From positions 1 through 61,235 of the forward strand of contig JACQQK010000074.1 in assembly GCA_016207065.1 (NCBI GenBank): 61,235 bases of DNA, read 5' to 3'. Positions 28,871 through 39,092 of the stretch are shown here, one piece after another. Source of the DNA: Nitrospinota bacterium. Lineage in GTDB: Bacteria > Nitrospinota > Nitrospinia > Nitrospinales > JACRGP01. The notes beneath the pieces were generated by a model. The model made no database searches. It saw only the letters and a program-made list of their open reading frames with translations, and had not been told where the DNA came from. Each line of letters begins with the position of its first letter. The stretch's first letter is position 1. The position numbers and the translations under genes are program-made.

Positions 28871-31162
28871 ATGGCCAGACCAGACTTGAAAGACAATCGA
28901 GACGGCTTACCCATGGAACCGGACCTGGACCCGTCCCTGAAGACAAATTTGGAACTCTCCCTTAAGATCTCCGAGGTCCAATTCCTTGTCGAAAAAAATC
29001 AATTGGCCGCCGCGGACCGGCGGCTACGGACTCTGATGGAAGAAAGCGCCATTCCCCAGGAGATGGAAAAGGCCCTCGTCCAAACCGCCGTCGCATTGCT
29101 GGAAAAGCTCCATCCCGCCAAACAAGACGACCGCGCGCTGGATATTTTCAACCGCTGTTCACGCTACCTCAAGAACGACCCCCGGGCGCTGACGCTGGCC
29201 GGCTCCATTTTCAGCCGCCGCGGCAACATCGACGAAGCCGTCCATCATCTCAACAAGGCCGTCGGCCTGGCCCCCTCCTCGCCCGATCCCTACCTCCTGC
29301 TCGGTGACCTGTTCGCCCAGGACCAACCGGGGAAAGCCATGGAATCTTATTCGCAGTACCACCAGAGAAACTATTCCGTGCTGGGCACGCGAACTTTTTT
29401 AAAAAGATCGAAATCGTTGCTGGAAACAAAAGGCGGGGAACTGGCCTTCAAGGACCTCCCGGTCGCCGTCGTTGGGAATTTCACGATCGAGCCATTGCAA
29501 CCGTATCTTGAGGCCGAGTGTTTCAAATTGCGCGTCCGCCCGCGCTTCTTTTTCGGAGGATACGACCAATACGTTCAGGAAATGAGCGATCCGCAATCCG
29601 GTCTGTATCGATTCAAGCCCGCCCTGACGTTCCTTTTCCTGGACCACCAAGCCTTACTGCCGGAACTGTTCGGCGCCTTCCTGGAGACCGCGCCGGAGGA
29701 ACGACTGCAAACCGCCCAAAACGGACTGGAGCAACTGCGAAAACTCTTGGAAAAATTCATGGAGTTGTCGGATTCCAAACTGGTATGCGGTAATTTCACG
29801 CTTCCCGCCGACCATTACATGGGCGTTTTCGACGCCCAAATGGAATGGGGGCAAAAAGAAATCCTGTTGGAGATGAACAAGACGCTCGGGAATTTCGCCC
29901 GCTCCTTTCCCCAGCGGCTCTTCGTGCTGGACATCGACAAGGTCCTTTCCAATTGCGGCAAGGACGTCGTCGCCAACGAAAAAATGCGTTACCTGGCGAA
30001 AATGACGGTCCCGGAAAAAGCGTTGCCGGGACTGGCCCGCGAGATCGTCCGTTATGTCCGCCCCGCGCTGGGGATGACCAAAAAATGCCTGGTCCTCGAC
30101 CTCGACAACACCTTGTGGGGCGGTATCCTTGGAGAGGACGGGCTGGAAGGCATTCGACTGGACCTGGAACCGCCGGGCAACGCGTTTTACGAATTTCAAA
30201 AAACGATCAAGACCCTGCACCACCGGGGCATCCTCCTCGCCATCAACAGCAAAAACGACCTGGAGCTTGTCCGCGAAGTATTCGAGAAGCATCCTTACAT
30301 GCAACTCAAGATGGACGACTTTGCCTGCATCCGGGCCAATTGGCAGGACAAGGCGCGGAACATGCGGGAAATAGCGCAAGAGCTGAACCTCGGGCTGGAC
30401 AGCTTCGTCTATATGGACGACAACCCCGCCGAACGGTATTTGATACAACGGGAACTTCCGGAAGTCACGACCGTCGAAATGCCGCCGGATTTTTCGGAGT
30501 TCGCGCGGACCCTTCTTCGCCTGGACGCTTTTGAGGTCCTGTGCCTCACGGAAGAGGACAAACACAGGAAGCATTTGTACCAGGCCGAATCGAAAAGGAG
30601 GGAATTAAAAAACCAGACCGCCGACTTGCAAGATTACCTGAACGCCCTGGAAATCCAGGTCGATGTCTGTCCGGCGGACCGCTTTTCGATTCCGCGCATC
30701 GCGCAACTGACGCACCGGACAAACCAGTTCAACCTGACCACCCGCAGGTACAGCGAATCCGATATCGCCCGCTTCGCCACGTCCGCCGGCCATGGCGTCT
30801 ATTACCTCAAGACGCACGACCGGTTCGGCGACCATGGAATCACGGGCGTTTGCATCGCCCGCAAAACCCCGGAAGCCTGGGAAATCGACACCTTCTTGAT
30901 GAGTTGCAGGATCATCGGCCGGGGGATCGAGCAGGCGTTCCTGCACCGAATTTGCCTGGACGCGCGTTCGGGAAAAGCGCGCAAACTAACGGCCCGTTAT
31001 CTGGCTACGCGAAAAAACCATATCGCGGCCGACTTCCTGCCCGGCATGAATTTCCGCAAAATTTCCCACAACGAGATCGAAACCGTTTATGAACTCGACC
31101 TCGGCGAGGAATCGGTCGCCTTGCCGCCGCATATCAAACTGAACGCCAACCATGGAAAATAA
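28871..31162 (+). CDS. FkbH-like HAD-IIIC glyceryl transferase/phosphatase with N-terminal TPRs
   Basis: LDLDNTLWGG, NSKN, DDNP.E, RTNQFNLTT, DRFGD.G and LMSCR motifs. TPR-like helices at the N-terminus. Confidence 0.93.
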   Translation: MARPDLKDNRDGLPMEPDLDPSLKTNLELSLKISEVQFLVEKNQLAAADRRLRTLMEESAIPQEMEKALVQTAVALLEKLHPAKQDDRALDIFNRCSRYLKNDPRALTLAGSIFSRRGNIDEAVHHLNKAVGLAPSSPDPYLLLGDLFAQDQPGKAMESYSQYHQRNYSVLGTRTFLKRSKSLLETKGGELAFKDLPVAVVGNFTIEPLQPYLEAECFKLRVRPRFFFGGYDQYVQEMSDPQSGLYRFKPALTFLFLDHQALLPELFGAFLETAPEERLQTAQNGLEQLRKLLEKFMELSDSKLVCGNFTLPADHYMGVFDAQMEWGQKEILLEMNKTLGNFARSFPQRLFVLDIDKVLSNCGKDVVANEKMRYLAKMTVPEKALPGLAREIVRYVRPALGMTKKCLVLDLDNTLWGGILGEDGLEGIRLDLEPPGNAFYEFQKTIKTLHHRGILLAINSKNDLELVREVFEKHPYMQLKMDDFACIRANWQDKARNMREIAQELNLGLDSFVYMDDNPAERYLIQRELPEVTTVEMPPDFSEFARTLLRLDAFEVLCLTEEDKHRKHLYQAESKRRELKNQTADLQDYLNALEIQVDVCPADRFSIPRIAQLTHRTNQFNLTTRRYSESDIARFATSAGHGVYYLKTHDRFGDHGITGVCIARKTPEAWEIDTFLMSCRIIGRGIEQAFLHRICLDARSGKARKLTARYLATRKNHIAADFLPGMNFRKISHNEIETVYELDLGEESVALPPHIKLNANHGK

Positions 31163-31376
31163 ATTACGCCAAATTCTGGCCGACGCCATCGACGTGGCCC
31201 CGGAAAACCTCACGGACAAATCGTCTCCGGACAACACGCCGGAGTGGGACTCCTTCGCCCACCTGAACATGGTCGCCGCCCTCGAGCAGGAGTTCAGGAT
31301 CTCCCTGACGCTTGACGAGGTGATCGAAATGCAGAATTTGCCGAAAATAAAGGAAGTCGTTTCCAGGAAATTGTAA
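31152..31376 (+). CDS. Acyl carrier protein
   Basis: 74 aa, acidic, with WDSFAH phosphopantetheine site. Overlaps the FkbH stop. Confidence 0.92.
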   Translation: MENKLRQILADAIDVAPENLTDKSSPDNTPEWDSFAHLNMVAALEQEFRISLTLDEVIEMQNLPKIKEVVSRKL

Positions 31377-31385
31377 GGCCACTCT

Positions 31386-32414
31386 TTGATGGAACTCCCA
31401 TATCGATTTTCCGAGCCCCCTTCCCTGGACCTCTCCATTGTCATCGTCAGCTTCAACACCCGCGACCTCCTGATCGATTGCCTGCGGTCCGTCCATCGAC
31501 ACACGCGGGAAATCGCTTTCGAAACGTTCGTGGTGGACAATGGCTCGAAAGACGGCAGTCCCCAGGCGGTCAGGGAAAAGTTTCCCGACGCCATTTTAAT
31601 CCAAAACTCCGGCAACGCCGGATTTTCCAGGGCCAACAACAGGGCCATCCGCCGGGCCCGCGGGCGCTACGTCGTCCTCCTCAACAGCGATACGCTCCTC
31701 ATCGAAAATTGTTTTCGCGAAATAGTCCGCTACATGGACGAGAGGCCGGAATACTCCATCATCACGCCGCGGGTCTACGACGGCAACGGCAAGTTATGCT
31801 CCATGCGCCTTTGGGAGGACACCCCCAGGGACGCCTTCTGGAGAATCCTCGGGAAATACGACGTGGCCGGCGAGTACGGGAAAATGGGAAAACCGGGACC
31901 CAAGGAGGTGGAGACCATCGGCGGCTCCTGCTTCGTGGTGCGCCGGTCGCTTTTCGAAACCATCGGCCTGTTGGACGAAAATTACTTTTTGTATAATGAA
32001 GAGGACGATTTTTGCCGGCGCGCCCGGAGGAGCGGACAGAAGGTGTGCTATTACCCCGACGCCTCCATCAAACACCTGCACGGGAAAAGCACCCATCAGC
32101 GGGAAGTCCGCGAAAAGGTCATCGTCGAAACTTACAAAAGCAACCTTTACTTTTATTCCAAGTACTACCCTCCGGTATGGAACCGGGTCCTGCGCGCGCT
32201 ATACAAATTCACTTTCCTGGCCGGAGCCGTTCATTCCCTGTGGAACCGGTTGACAGGCAAATCCTCGGAAATGGCGGACGATTCGGTCTCGCTGAAATTG
32301 CGGCTTCTTTTCATGAGGGTCCCGAAAACGGGCGGAAACAACGTCTCCGGGTCGTCGACGGTCGCGAACGGCCCCGCGGAATCCCTTCAAGATAAAAGCG
32401 ATTTCTGCCGATAA
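31386..32414 (+). CDS. Glycosyltransferase family 2 (WbbL/rhamnosyltransferase-like)
   Basis: SIVIVSFN, VDNGS.DGS, N.GFS.ANN, LNSD and FLYNEEDD motifs. Confidence 0.93.
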   Translation: MMELPYRFSEPPSLDLSIVIVSFNTRDLLIDCLRSVHRHTREIAFETFVVDNGSKDGSPQAVREKFPDAILIQNSGNAGFSRANNRAIRRARGRYVVLLNSDTLLIENCFREIVRYMDERPEYSIITPRVYDGNGKLCSMRLWEDTPRDAFWRILGKYDVAGEYGKMGKPGPKEVETIGGSCFVVRRSLFETIGLLDENYFLYNEEDDFCRRARRSGQKVCYYPDASIKHLHGKSTHQREVREKVIVETYKSNLYFYSKYYPPVWNRVLRALYKFTFLAGAVHSLWNRLTGKSSEMADDSVSLKLRLLFMRVPKTGGNNVSGSSTVANGPAESLQDKSDFCR

Positions 32415-32443
32415 ATATTTGTTGCTTCTTAACGTCCCGTAAT

Positions 32444-32591
32444 TAGCAGGGCGCTGAAAAAGTCCCTTTTGTGCCCAAAAATCGTCATGCCCGCGAAAGC
32501 GGGCATCCAGAAAGCCCTTGAAAATACTGGATTCCCGTTTTCACGGGAATGACGGCAAAAGACTAAAAAATAGTTTTTCAGCAACCTGTTA
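32444..32591. mobile_element. MITE-like element with imperfect terminal inverted repeats enclosing a REP doublet
   Basis: Left end TAGCAGGGCGCTGAAAAA and right end (reverse complement) TAACAGGTTGCTGAAAAA. Internal CGTCATGCCCGCGAAAGCGGGCATCCAG...CTGGATTCCCGTTTTCACGGGAATGACG. Confidence 0.75.
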
Positions 32592-32651
32592 GACAAGGGG
32601 CCGGAAAACCCGCAAGCGCCGCTTTCCGCATCGGCGCGGTTACAACAATCC

Positions 32652-35090
32652 ATGGATTTTCAATTGATTTTATCCATAGCGATCATCGTCCTGACGGCCA
32701 TTCTTTCCAGATTGCCCTTTTTGCGGTTCCCCATGGACGACGATTTCTCCATCTACACCTACATCGCCCGGTTCGCCGACCGGGGACTGCGATGGAAAAA
32801 AGACCTGTTCCTGGTCGGCCTCCCCATCTGGCGGATGCTGATCCTCGACAAGTTGTACGGCCGCCCCGAAACCGGCGTTCAGCGGACCCGGGCGTTTTTC
32901 GCGGCGGTACATACGGCCTCGGCCCTGGTCATCTTTTACTGCGCTCACTCGCTGACGAGCAATCTTCCCGCCGCGTTTATCGCGGGTCTTCTCTATGCGT
33001 TTTACGGGTCTTCCATCGATTACACCGCCGGGAACTACAGCCCCGAACAACGTTACATCCCCCTGGTTTTTCTCGGTCTCGCCCTGTTGATGAAGGGGCC
33101 GGAAACCGTCCTCTACGCCGGTCTTTTCTTCGGGCTGGCCTCTGCGCTGTTCTGGAAACCCGGGGTTTTCCCCGCCGTCCTCATGTGGGCCGTCTGGCAT
33201 CGATACGGGTTCGAGGCCTTGTGTCTTTTTACCGCCAGCGCCGCCCTTCCCGTCTTCCTGGCCCTCCTCGTCGATTGGAAACTGGGATATCTGGACGCCG
33301 AATCGAGAAAACAGTATGCCGCGCGGGCCGCCACGTCGCTACGGCTGGTGCGGACCAAGAGCATGTATTTCAGCATTCCCCGGGAAATTTTCCGCCTCAT
33401 GGGACAGACCCTCCCGGTTTGGGTCGTCGGTCTTCCCGCGACTTTCTACGCCTGTCTGGGGGACAAGGGAACCTGGGCGGCGGCGTTCGTCGGGACCATC
33501 GTCATCCTCCTGCTCATCCAGCGCGGGTTTTCCCGCTACCATTACCAGCCGCTGGTCGCCTGGCTGGCCCTCGCCACGGGTTGGGGCATCGACCGTCTCA
33601 TGCGGATGGGCGGGCCCTGGGAGACAGCCGCCTTTGCGGCTCTGGCGGCCGCCCTGATCGGCAATTTGATTTATACGCTTCCCTTCTACCTAAAACCGGC
33701 GGACGTAAAAAATTTGAACCGTCACGAAAAGTTTGACCAGTACATCTACCTCCCTCATGTGGGGAAAATCCTGAAACGCCTCATGCGCATGCGGGGCGAG
33801 ACGGGCAGACGGATTTTTGTCTGGGGAACGTTCACCCAGTTGTATCACCTGACCGGCTCGCCCGCCGCGGACACCTACCTGCACCACTGCGTGGGCCCCT
33901 GGGACTCGCCAACGCTCGAACCTTATTTCGACAGCGTCGTCGGCGGGTTGGTCCGTCATAAGCCCCTATACCTGATCAAGGCGTTTCACGACCTGGACGT
34001 GGACCGTCTGGAACAGGCGACCGGTTTGAAATACCAACTGTTGAAAATCGTTTTAGTCCGTTTTCCCGTCTACCGGCTTGTTTCGCTCCAACCGCCCAGC
34101 CCAGACCCCCTGTCCCTGCCCTGGCGGGAAAAAATGCGCCTCATGCGCTATTTGACCGAGAAGGACGAGGAACCTCAGCGAGAAAAGACGGATTGCGAAG
34201 GCAAACACCGGCCGGGGATCAACAAGACCGATCTCAAGTCCGGGCGCATTCAAACTGCCTTGAAAGAATGCCGGAAATTGTGCAAACTGAACCCTTATGA
34301 CCGGGACGGTCTCTATTTCCTCGGCAAGCTTTACGATTGGGCGAGACGAGTCCGCGAATCCGCCGCGACATTCGGCCATCTGCTCCAATTGGAACCCGGC
34401 CATCGATATGTCCGGACCATCCTGGCAAAGCAACAAATCAACCAGGACAACCTCGACGCCGCGGAACAACTGATTCGAGAAGACATTCGCCTGTTTGGGG
34501 AAAGACACGAGCATTACTTTTATCTCGGCCGGATTTGCCAGAAACGCGGCCAGCAACGGGAGGCGGCGGGCTATTTCGAAAAAATTTGCTCCGAAAATGC
34601 GGAGTGGATCGACGCCCGGTTTTACCTCGCCGAGTCCCTGACCGCGCTGGACCGGCGGGACGAAGCGAGGACGCTGTACGCGGATGCGTTCGACGAAATT
34701 GGCGAACAGTTTGACGCCGATTGGTTACAGACCAAATCCGCGACCGGCGTGGCCCGGTTGGACGCCGGTCAACGTCCCGAATCGGAGACTCTGGAATCTT
34801 ATTATCATCGGGCGCCGAAAAACGAGATCCTGGCCTACGCCTGGGCCTCGGCCCTGGAGCGCGAGGGCAAAACCGAGAAAGCCCGGTCGCTTTTCGAGAC
34901 CTTCGCCGCCTCCTTCGAAAAAAAGCATCTCCGGGCCAACGCCTGGTTCAGGCTGGCGCGTCTGTCCGACGGGGAACGGAGACAGCGGTCCCTGAGCGAG
35001 TGTCTGAAACTGGACCCGGGCCATGCCGGCGCGCAAAAACTGCTTTCGGAGTTCACGCGCAAACCGGAACCCGCAAACCGCGCCCTTTAG
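32652..35090 (+). CDS. Membrane protein with GT-C-like N-terminal region fused to C-terminal TPRs
   Basis: First TM followed by a DDD..Y loop, about 10 TMs, IFVWG, then multiple TPR-like repeats. Confidence 0.6.
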   Translation: MDFQLILSIAIIVLTAILSRLPFLRFPMDDDFSIYTYIARFADRGLRWKKDLFLVGLPIWRMLILDKLYGRPETGVQRTRAFFAAVHTASALVIFYCAHSLTSNLPAAFIAGLLYAFYGSSIDYTAGNYSPEQRYIPLVFLGLALLMKGPETVLYAGLFFGLASALFWKPGVFPAVLMWAVWHRYGFEALCLFTASAALPVFLALLVDWKLGYLDAESRKQYAARAATSLRLVRTKSMYFSIPREIFRLMGQTLPVWVVGLPATFYACLGDKGTWAAAFVGTIVILLLIQRGFSRYHYQPLVAWLALATGWGIDRLMRMGGPWETAAFAALAAALIGNLIYTLPFYLKPADVKNLNRHEKFDQYIYLPHVGKILKRLMRMRGETGRRIFVWGTFTQLYHLTGSPAADTYLHHCVGPWDSPTLEPYFDSVVGGLVRHKPLYLIKAFHDLDVDRLEQATGLKYQLLKIVLVRFPVYRLVSLQPPSPDPLSLPWREKMRLMRYLTEKDEEPQREKTDCEGKHRPGINKTDLKSGRIQTALKECRKLCKLNPYDRDGLYFLGKLYDWARRVRESAATFGHLLQLEPGHRYVRTILAKQQINQDNLDAAEQLIREDIRLFGERHEHYFYLGRICQKRGQQREAAGYFEKICSENAEWIDARFYLAESLTALDRRDEARTLYADAFDEIGEQFDADWLQTKSATGVARLDAGQRPESETLESYYHRAPKNEILAYAWASALEREGKTEKARSLFETFAASFEKKHLRANAWFRLARLSDGERRQRSLSECLKLDPGHAGAQKLLSEFTRKPEPANRAL

Positions 35091-35152
35091 GTTTTCACGA
35101 ATAAAACCGAAAAGAGATAGAGGTCCTTTGCGTTTAAAATGAGGTCCGCCAC

Positions 35153-36091
35153 ATGAAAATCAGCATCGTCATCCCCAATTGGAACGGAATCAAGTTCGTC
35201 GGCATGTGCCTCGACTCCATCGCCCGTTCGGCGTTCGAGGGTCACGAGACCATCGTGGTCGATAACGGTTCGGCGGACGGCTCGCGGGAACTGATCGAGG
35301 AAAAATATCCCTGGGTCCGTCTCATCAAGCTCCCAACCAACCTGGGGTTCGCGAAGGCCTGTAACGAGGGCATCAAAACCAGCAAGGCCGATTACGTCAT
35401 CCTCCTCAACAACGATATCGAGGTCGCGCCGGACTGGCTCCGGGAATTGCATGAAGGCATGGAAAGACATCCCGAATGCGGCATGGGGACGTCCAAAATG
35501 ATGTTTCTCGACCAGCGCGACGTGTTTTACAATACCGGCGACCTGTTCCACGCCTGGTCTTCCGGCGGCGGACGCGGCCAGGGCGAAAAAGACATGGGAC
35601 AGTATAACCGGGAGGAATACGTCTTCGGCGCCTGCGCCGGGGCCGGCATCTATCGCCGGGAATTGTTCGAAAAGATCGGGACCTTCGACGAGGACTTCTT
35701 CATCTTCGCCGAGGACGTCGACCTGAACATGCGCGGGCAACTGGCCGGCATGAAGGCGGTCTACCTGCCCAGGGCCAAGGTCTACCATATCGGCACGGCC
35801 ACCGTCGGCCTCTACAGCGACCGGTACGTTTACCTGTGCAAACGCAACGACGTCTTCGTCCTGGTCCGGAACTTTTCCCTGGGCCTGTATTTCAGGTATT
35901 TTTTCGCGATCCTCAGGCGCCAATTCGCGGACATCCATTATTTTACCTCCCGCGGCCAGGGTATCGTCCTGTTAAAGAGCAAGTTCGGAGCCATGAAAAT
36001 GCTCGTCCCCATGCTCATCCGGCGGTCCACGATCCAGCGCTCCAGGACCGTCGGCGACGAGGAACTGAGAAAATTCATCATAGAAAAATAA
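35153..36091 (+). CDS. Glycosyltransferase family 2
   Basis: SIVIPNWNG, VDNGSADGS, NLGFA, LNND and EDVDL motifs. Confidence 0.94.
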   Translation: MKISIVIPNWNGIKFVGMCLDSIARSAFEGHETIVVDNGSADGSRELIEEKYPWVRLIKLPTNLGFAKACNEGIKTSKADYVILLNNDIEVAPDWLRELHEGMERHPECGMGTSKMMFLDQRDVFYNTGDLFHAWSSGGGRGQGEKDMGQYNREEYVFGACAGAGIYRRELFEKIGTFDEDFFIFAEDVDLNMRGQLAGMKAVYLPRAKVYHIGTATVGLYSDRYVYLCKRNDVFVLVRNFSLGLYFRYFFAILRRQFADIHYFTSRGQGIVLLKSKFGAMKMLVPMLIRRSTIQRSRTVGDEELRKFIIEK

Positions 36092-36105
36092 AGGAGCTTC
36101 CCGAT

Positions 36106-37152
36106 ATGCAACCCACCGCGGGTGACAACTTTCTTCTGGCGTTCGATTACCGTCCGCCGGTTTCGGAACTTGTAGCCAGAAATATTCTTTACATTCATTC
36201 CACCCGTCCGGATAAAAGCCAGAAAGCCCTGTCCAGGCTCCTGCAATTGTACCCTGAGGCAAAATTTTTACTGCTCAAGGGAGAGGACGCCTCCTTCCCC
36301 GAAAACGATCGCGATCGAGTCGAGGCATTGACCTTTCAAGGCAAATTCCTGCCGCCCGACCTGAGCCGGACCCCGTTGGGGAAACGGCTGACCCCGGACA
36401 ACATAGACGCCGTGTATTTCTGCGTCAACATCGCCATCGGCGCCGAATTCGACCTGGTCGGATTTAAAGAACAATACAGCAACCTATTGCAATCCGTGAC
36501 CAACCTGGGACTGATCGAGCGGACCTACGCGATCGATAAAAATTTCCGGGTTTTTCCTCTGTCCAACCTCGACATCGACGGTTGGACGCGAAACTGGACG
36601 GTCAAGGGCAAAACTTTTTACCTCCCGTGGACCTTGCTCTCCCTCCGGGAAAAAGAAGAGCTTTTCGAGTTGGCCCGGTCCGGTCCCGGCGAAGGAGCCA
36701 TCGTCAATATCGGCCATTTCCTCGGGGGATCGTCCATCATCCTGGCGGGCGGGTCCAAAGAGCGCGGCAGAGAACGCGTCCATTCCCTCGACGTCAAAAA
36801 ATACGACAACGCCGAGGACCTCTATAAAAAGAACGGGGTCGAGGACTGGATCGCGTTTCAACAAATGGAATCGGGAAAAGCCGCGAGCCAATGGGCGAAA
36901 AGACCGGACACCGCCATCCGCCTGCTCATCGTCGACGGGGACCACTCCTACGAAGGCTGTAAAAAAGACCTCCTCGACTGGTCCCCCTATCTGGTCTCCG
37001 GCGGGACGCTCGCCGTCCACGATTACTGCAACGTTTCGGAGGGCGTGGACTTCTCGTCCATTGTCGAGGCGGTATACGACGTCGTCTTGGACCATGACGA
37101 TTTTCATCGTTTGCGAAGAGTCGAGACGCTCCTGATCGCCGAAAAAAAATAA
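36106..37152 (+). CDS. Class I SAM-dependent methyltransferase (Methyltransf_24-like) with N-terminal extension
   Basis: NIG..LGGSS, VDGDHSYEG and GG.LAVHD motifs. AAGGAG SD precedes ATG 36106. Confidence 0.85.
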   Translation: MQPTAGDNFLLAFDYRPPVSELVARNILYIHSTRPDKSQKALSRLLQLYPEAKFLLLKGEDASFPENDRDRVEALTFQGKFLPPDLSRTPLGKRLTPDNIDAVYFCVNIAIGAEFDLVGFKEQYSNLLQSVTNLGLIERTYAIDKNFRVFPLSNLDIDGWTRNWTVKGKTFYLPWTLLSLREKEELFELARSGPGEGAIVNIGHFLGGSSIILAGGSKERGRERVHSLDVKKYDNAEDLYKKNGVEDWIAFQQMESGKAASQWAKRPDTAIRLLIVDGDHSYEGCKKDLLDWSPYLVSGGTLAVHDYCNVSEGVDFSSIVEAVYDVVLDHDDFHRLRRVETLLIAEKK

Positions 37153-37155
37153 GCC

Positions 37156-38232
37156 ATGTCTGCCTCGCGTATAAGCGAAAATTTCCCAAGCGGCGCATCC
37201 GCGCAAATGAAGCGCGTCCTTTATCGCCGTTGCAAGGAATTGAACGCGCGGATCGCGATCGTGGGCTCCAAAACCTCGGCCGGGCTTCTGATCGGGGCGC
37301 TCGAAAACACCGACGTCCCCGTCGTTGGCGTTTATGAGCGGCCTCCTTTTCGGGAACCCTCGATCATTCGCGGCCATCCCCTCCGCCCCATCGAGGAACT
37401 TTCCCGATTAGACCCAGATGACGCGATCGTTATCGCGTCGAGCGCCGAGGCGACCCAACTTTACGACACTATCGCCCTCGTCCAATCCCTCTGCCCCTGC
37501 AGAACGCTTCACCTGAAATCGCTGTTAGACGTTTTCCTCCTGCGGGAGGAGTTGAAAATCCCGTTGCAATTTCAGTTTGACGAATTTCTTTTTGGACGCG
37601 GGCTGTTCCCGGAGCCAGGGGAGAGTCCCTTCTGGCACCCCATTCCCCCGAAGATCGACTTCAGGGACAAAACCGTTTTGGAATTGGGGCCGTTTGAGGG
37701 GAATGTCTCCAGCCTGATCATGGCCCAGAACCCCAAAAAGGTCATCGGACTGGAAGCCCGGCCGCTGAATTACGCCAAATTTTCCGTCATGCGCTCTTTG
37801 CACAACTGGAAAAACTACCATTTGCTCCTGGGCGATATGCACCTTTTTCCACAACTGGTCCGGGAGAAAATCGACATCATCTATTGTTCGGGGGTCCTCT
37901 ATCACTCCGAGAAACCCTGGTGGCTGTTGAAATCCTGCCTTGACCAATGCGACACCGTCGTCCTCGGGACACACGTCGCGTCCGAATTTTCCAGGCATCC
38001 CCGCATAACCGAAGAAGTCGTTTTGGAAAGCGGAACGTACCGTTTCGAAATATACCCCGAGAAAGGGTGGAACGATGGTTTGGCCGGGGTGGCCCCCAAA
38101 AGCCTCTGGTTTACCGAGGAAGACCTCGTCCGTTTCGCGGGTTTTTACGGCTTTCGATTCGAAAGGTACGATTCATTCGTAAGCCCGCCCACGGGGCTTT
38201 GGATCCACGGCCTGATTACAAAAACCCAATAA
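37156..38232 (+). CDS. Class I SAM-dependent methyltransferase with N-terminal Rossmann-like segment
   Basis: VLELGPFEG, GLEAR and CSGVLYH motifs. Confidence 0.85.
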   Translation: MSASRISENFPSGASAQMKRVLYRRCKELNARIAIVGSKTSAGLLIGALENTDVPVVGVYERPPFREPSIIRGHPLRPIEELSRLDPDDAIVIASSAEATQLYDTIALVQSLCPCRTLHLKSLLDVFLLREELKIPLQFQFDEFLFGRGLFPEPGESPFWHPIPPKIDFRDKTVLELGPFEGNVSSLIMAQNPKKVIGLEARPLNYAKFSVMRSLHNWKNYHLLLGDMHLFPQLVREKIDIIYCSGVLYHSEKPWWLLKSCLDQCDTVVLGTHVASEFSRHPRITEEVVLESGTYRFEIYPEKGWNDGLAGVAPKSLWFTEEDLVRFAGFYGFRFERYDSFVSPPTGLWIHGLITKTQ

Positions 38233-38359
38233 AATTCCATCGCCCCCAATTGGAACCGCGTTGCCGGAACCGGAAATTTTCGTTATAATAAAAACCCAAA
38301 GCCGTAAAAAGCTGGAAACGCAACGTCAAGAAAAAAAACTCCTTGACCGGAAGAGAGTA

Positions 38360-38782
38360 ATGGGATCAGAATATCCACGGCGGTTTTCCCCGGACCGGGC
38401 GCCAATCGACCCCGCCCTTGCCAACCGCATATTTTCCTTCGACGGAGAAGAAGTCCTGGGATATTGGAATGGGCTCTCCATCGACGACCTGGCCAGGGAA
38501 CTGGAGCGCATCGAGGAAGACGCCGACCCGAATTACGCGGGACTGCCCCACGGCCAAAACATCCCCGAGGACTTGCGAGACGAGGCGGAGAAGGATTATC
38601 CGATTTGGGCTTGCGACGTCACGGGACGTTGCCTGGTCGGGGAAAACGCAACGAGGATCGAAAACGCGGATGCCATCCGCGAGCATTACCATAAGAAGCA
38701 CGGAGGCTTGGAAAAATTTAAGGAACTGTTACGGATCGAACGAGAGCAAAAAATCGAAAGTCTGAGATTGAAAAAAGGATAA
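38360..38782 (+). CDS. Hypothetical protein
   Basis: Coding-like composition. ATG 38360 is preferred within the 38261 ORF. No recognisable motif. Confidence 0.65.
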   Translation: MGSEYPRRFSPDRAPIDPALANRIFSFDGEEVLGYWNGLSIDDLARELERIEEDADPNYAGLPHGQNIPEDLRDEAEKDYPIWACDVTGRCLVGENATRIENADAIREHYHKKHGGLEKFKELLRIEREQKIESLRLKKG

Positions 38783-39092
38783 TGCGGTCGATCTTCCCTC
38801 TCCGCGGGAAACGATGCGGGGAAAGCCGGTTCGAAGCCCGAATCGAGCTTCATTAAAATCCAGATCGCGACATCCATCCTGCCGAGACCTTAAGCATAAC
38901 TCGCTTGAGCCAACCAATCCCTTATTCAGCCTTGGTTCTTTAAAAATTCAATAGGCCCTGTCGTCAATTATCTTTTTGAGTGAACATGGAACCCCCTTTA
39001 CCGGTCGTCCGTTTCGCGACGATCTTTTCATCCGTTTTATTTCCTTTCCCGCCGATCAAACGCTCCCGCGAATTCCATTTGGCGAGACTTCG

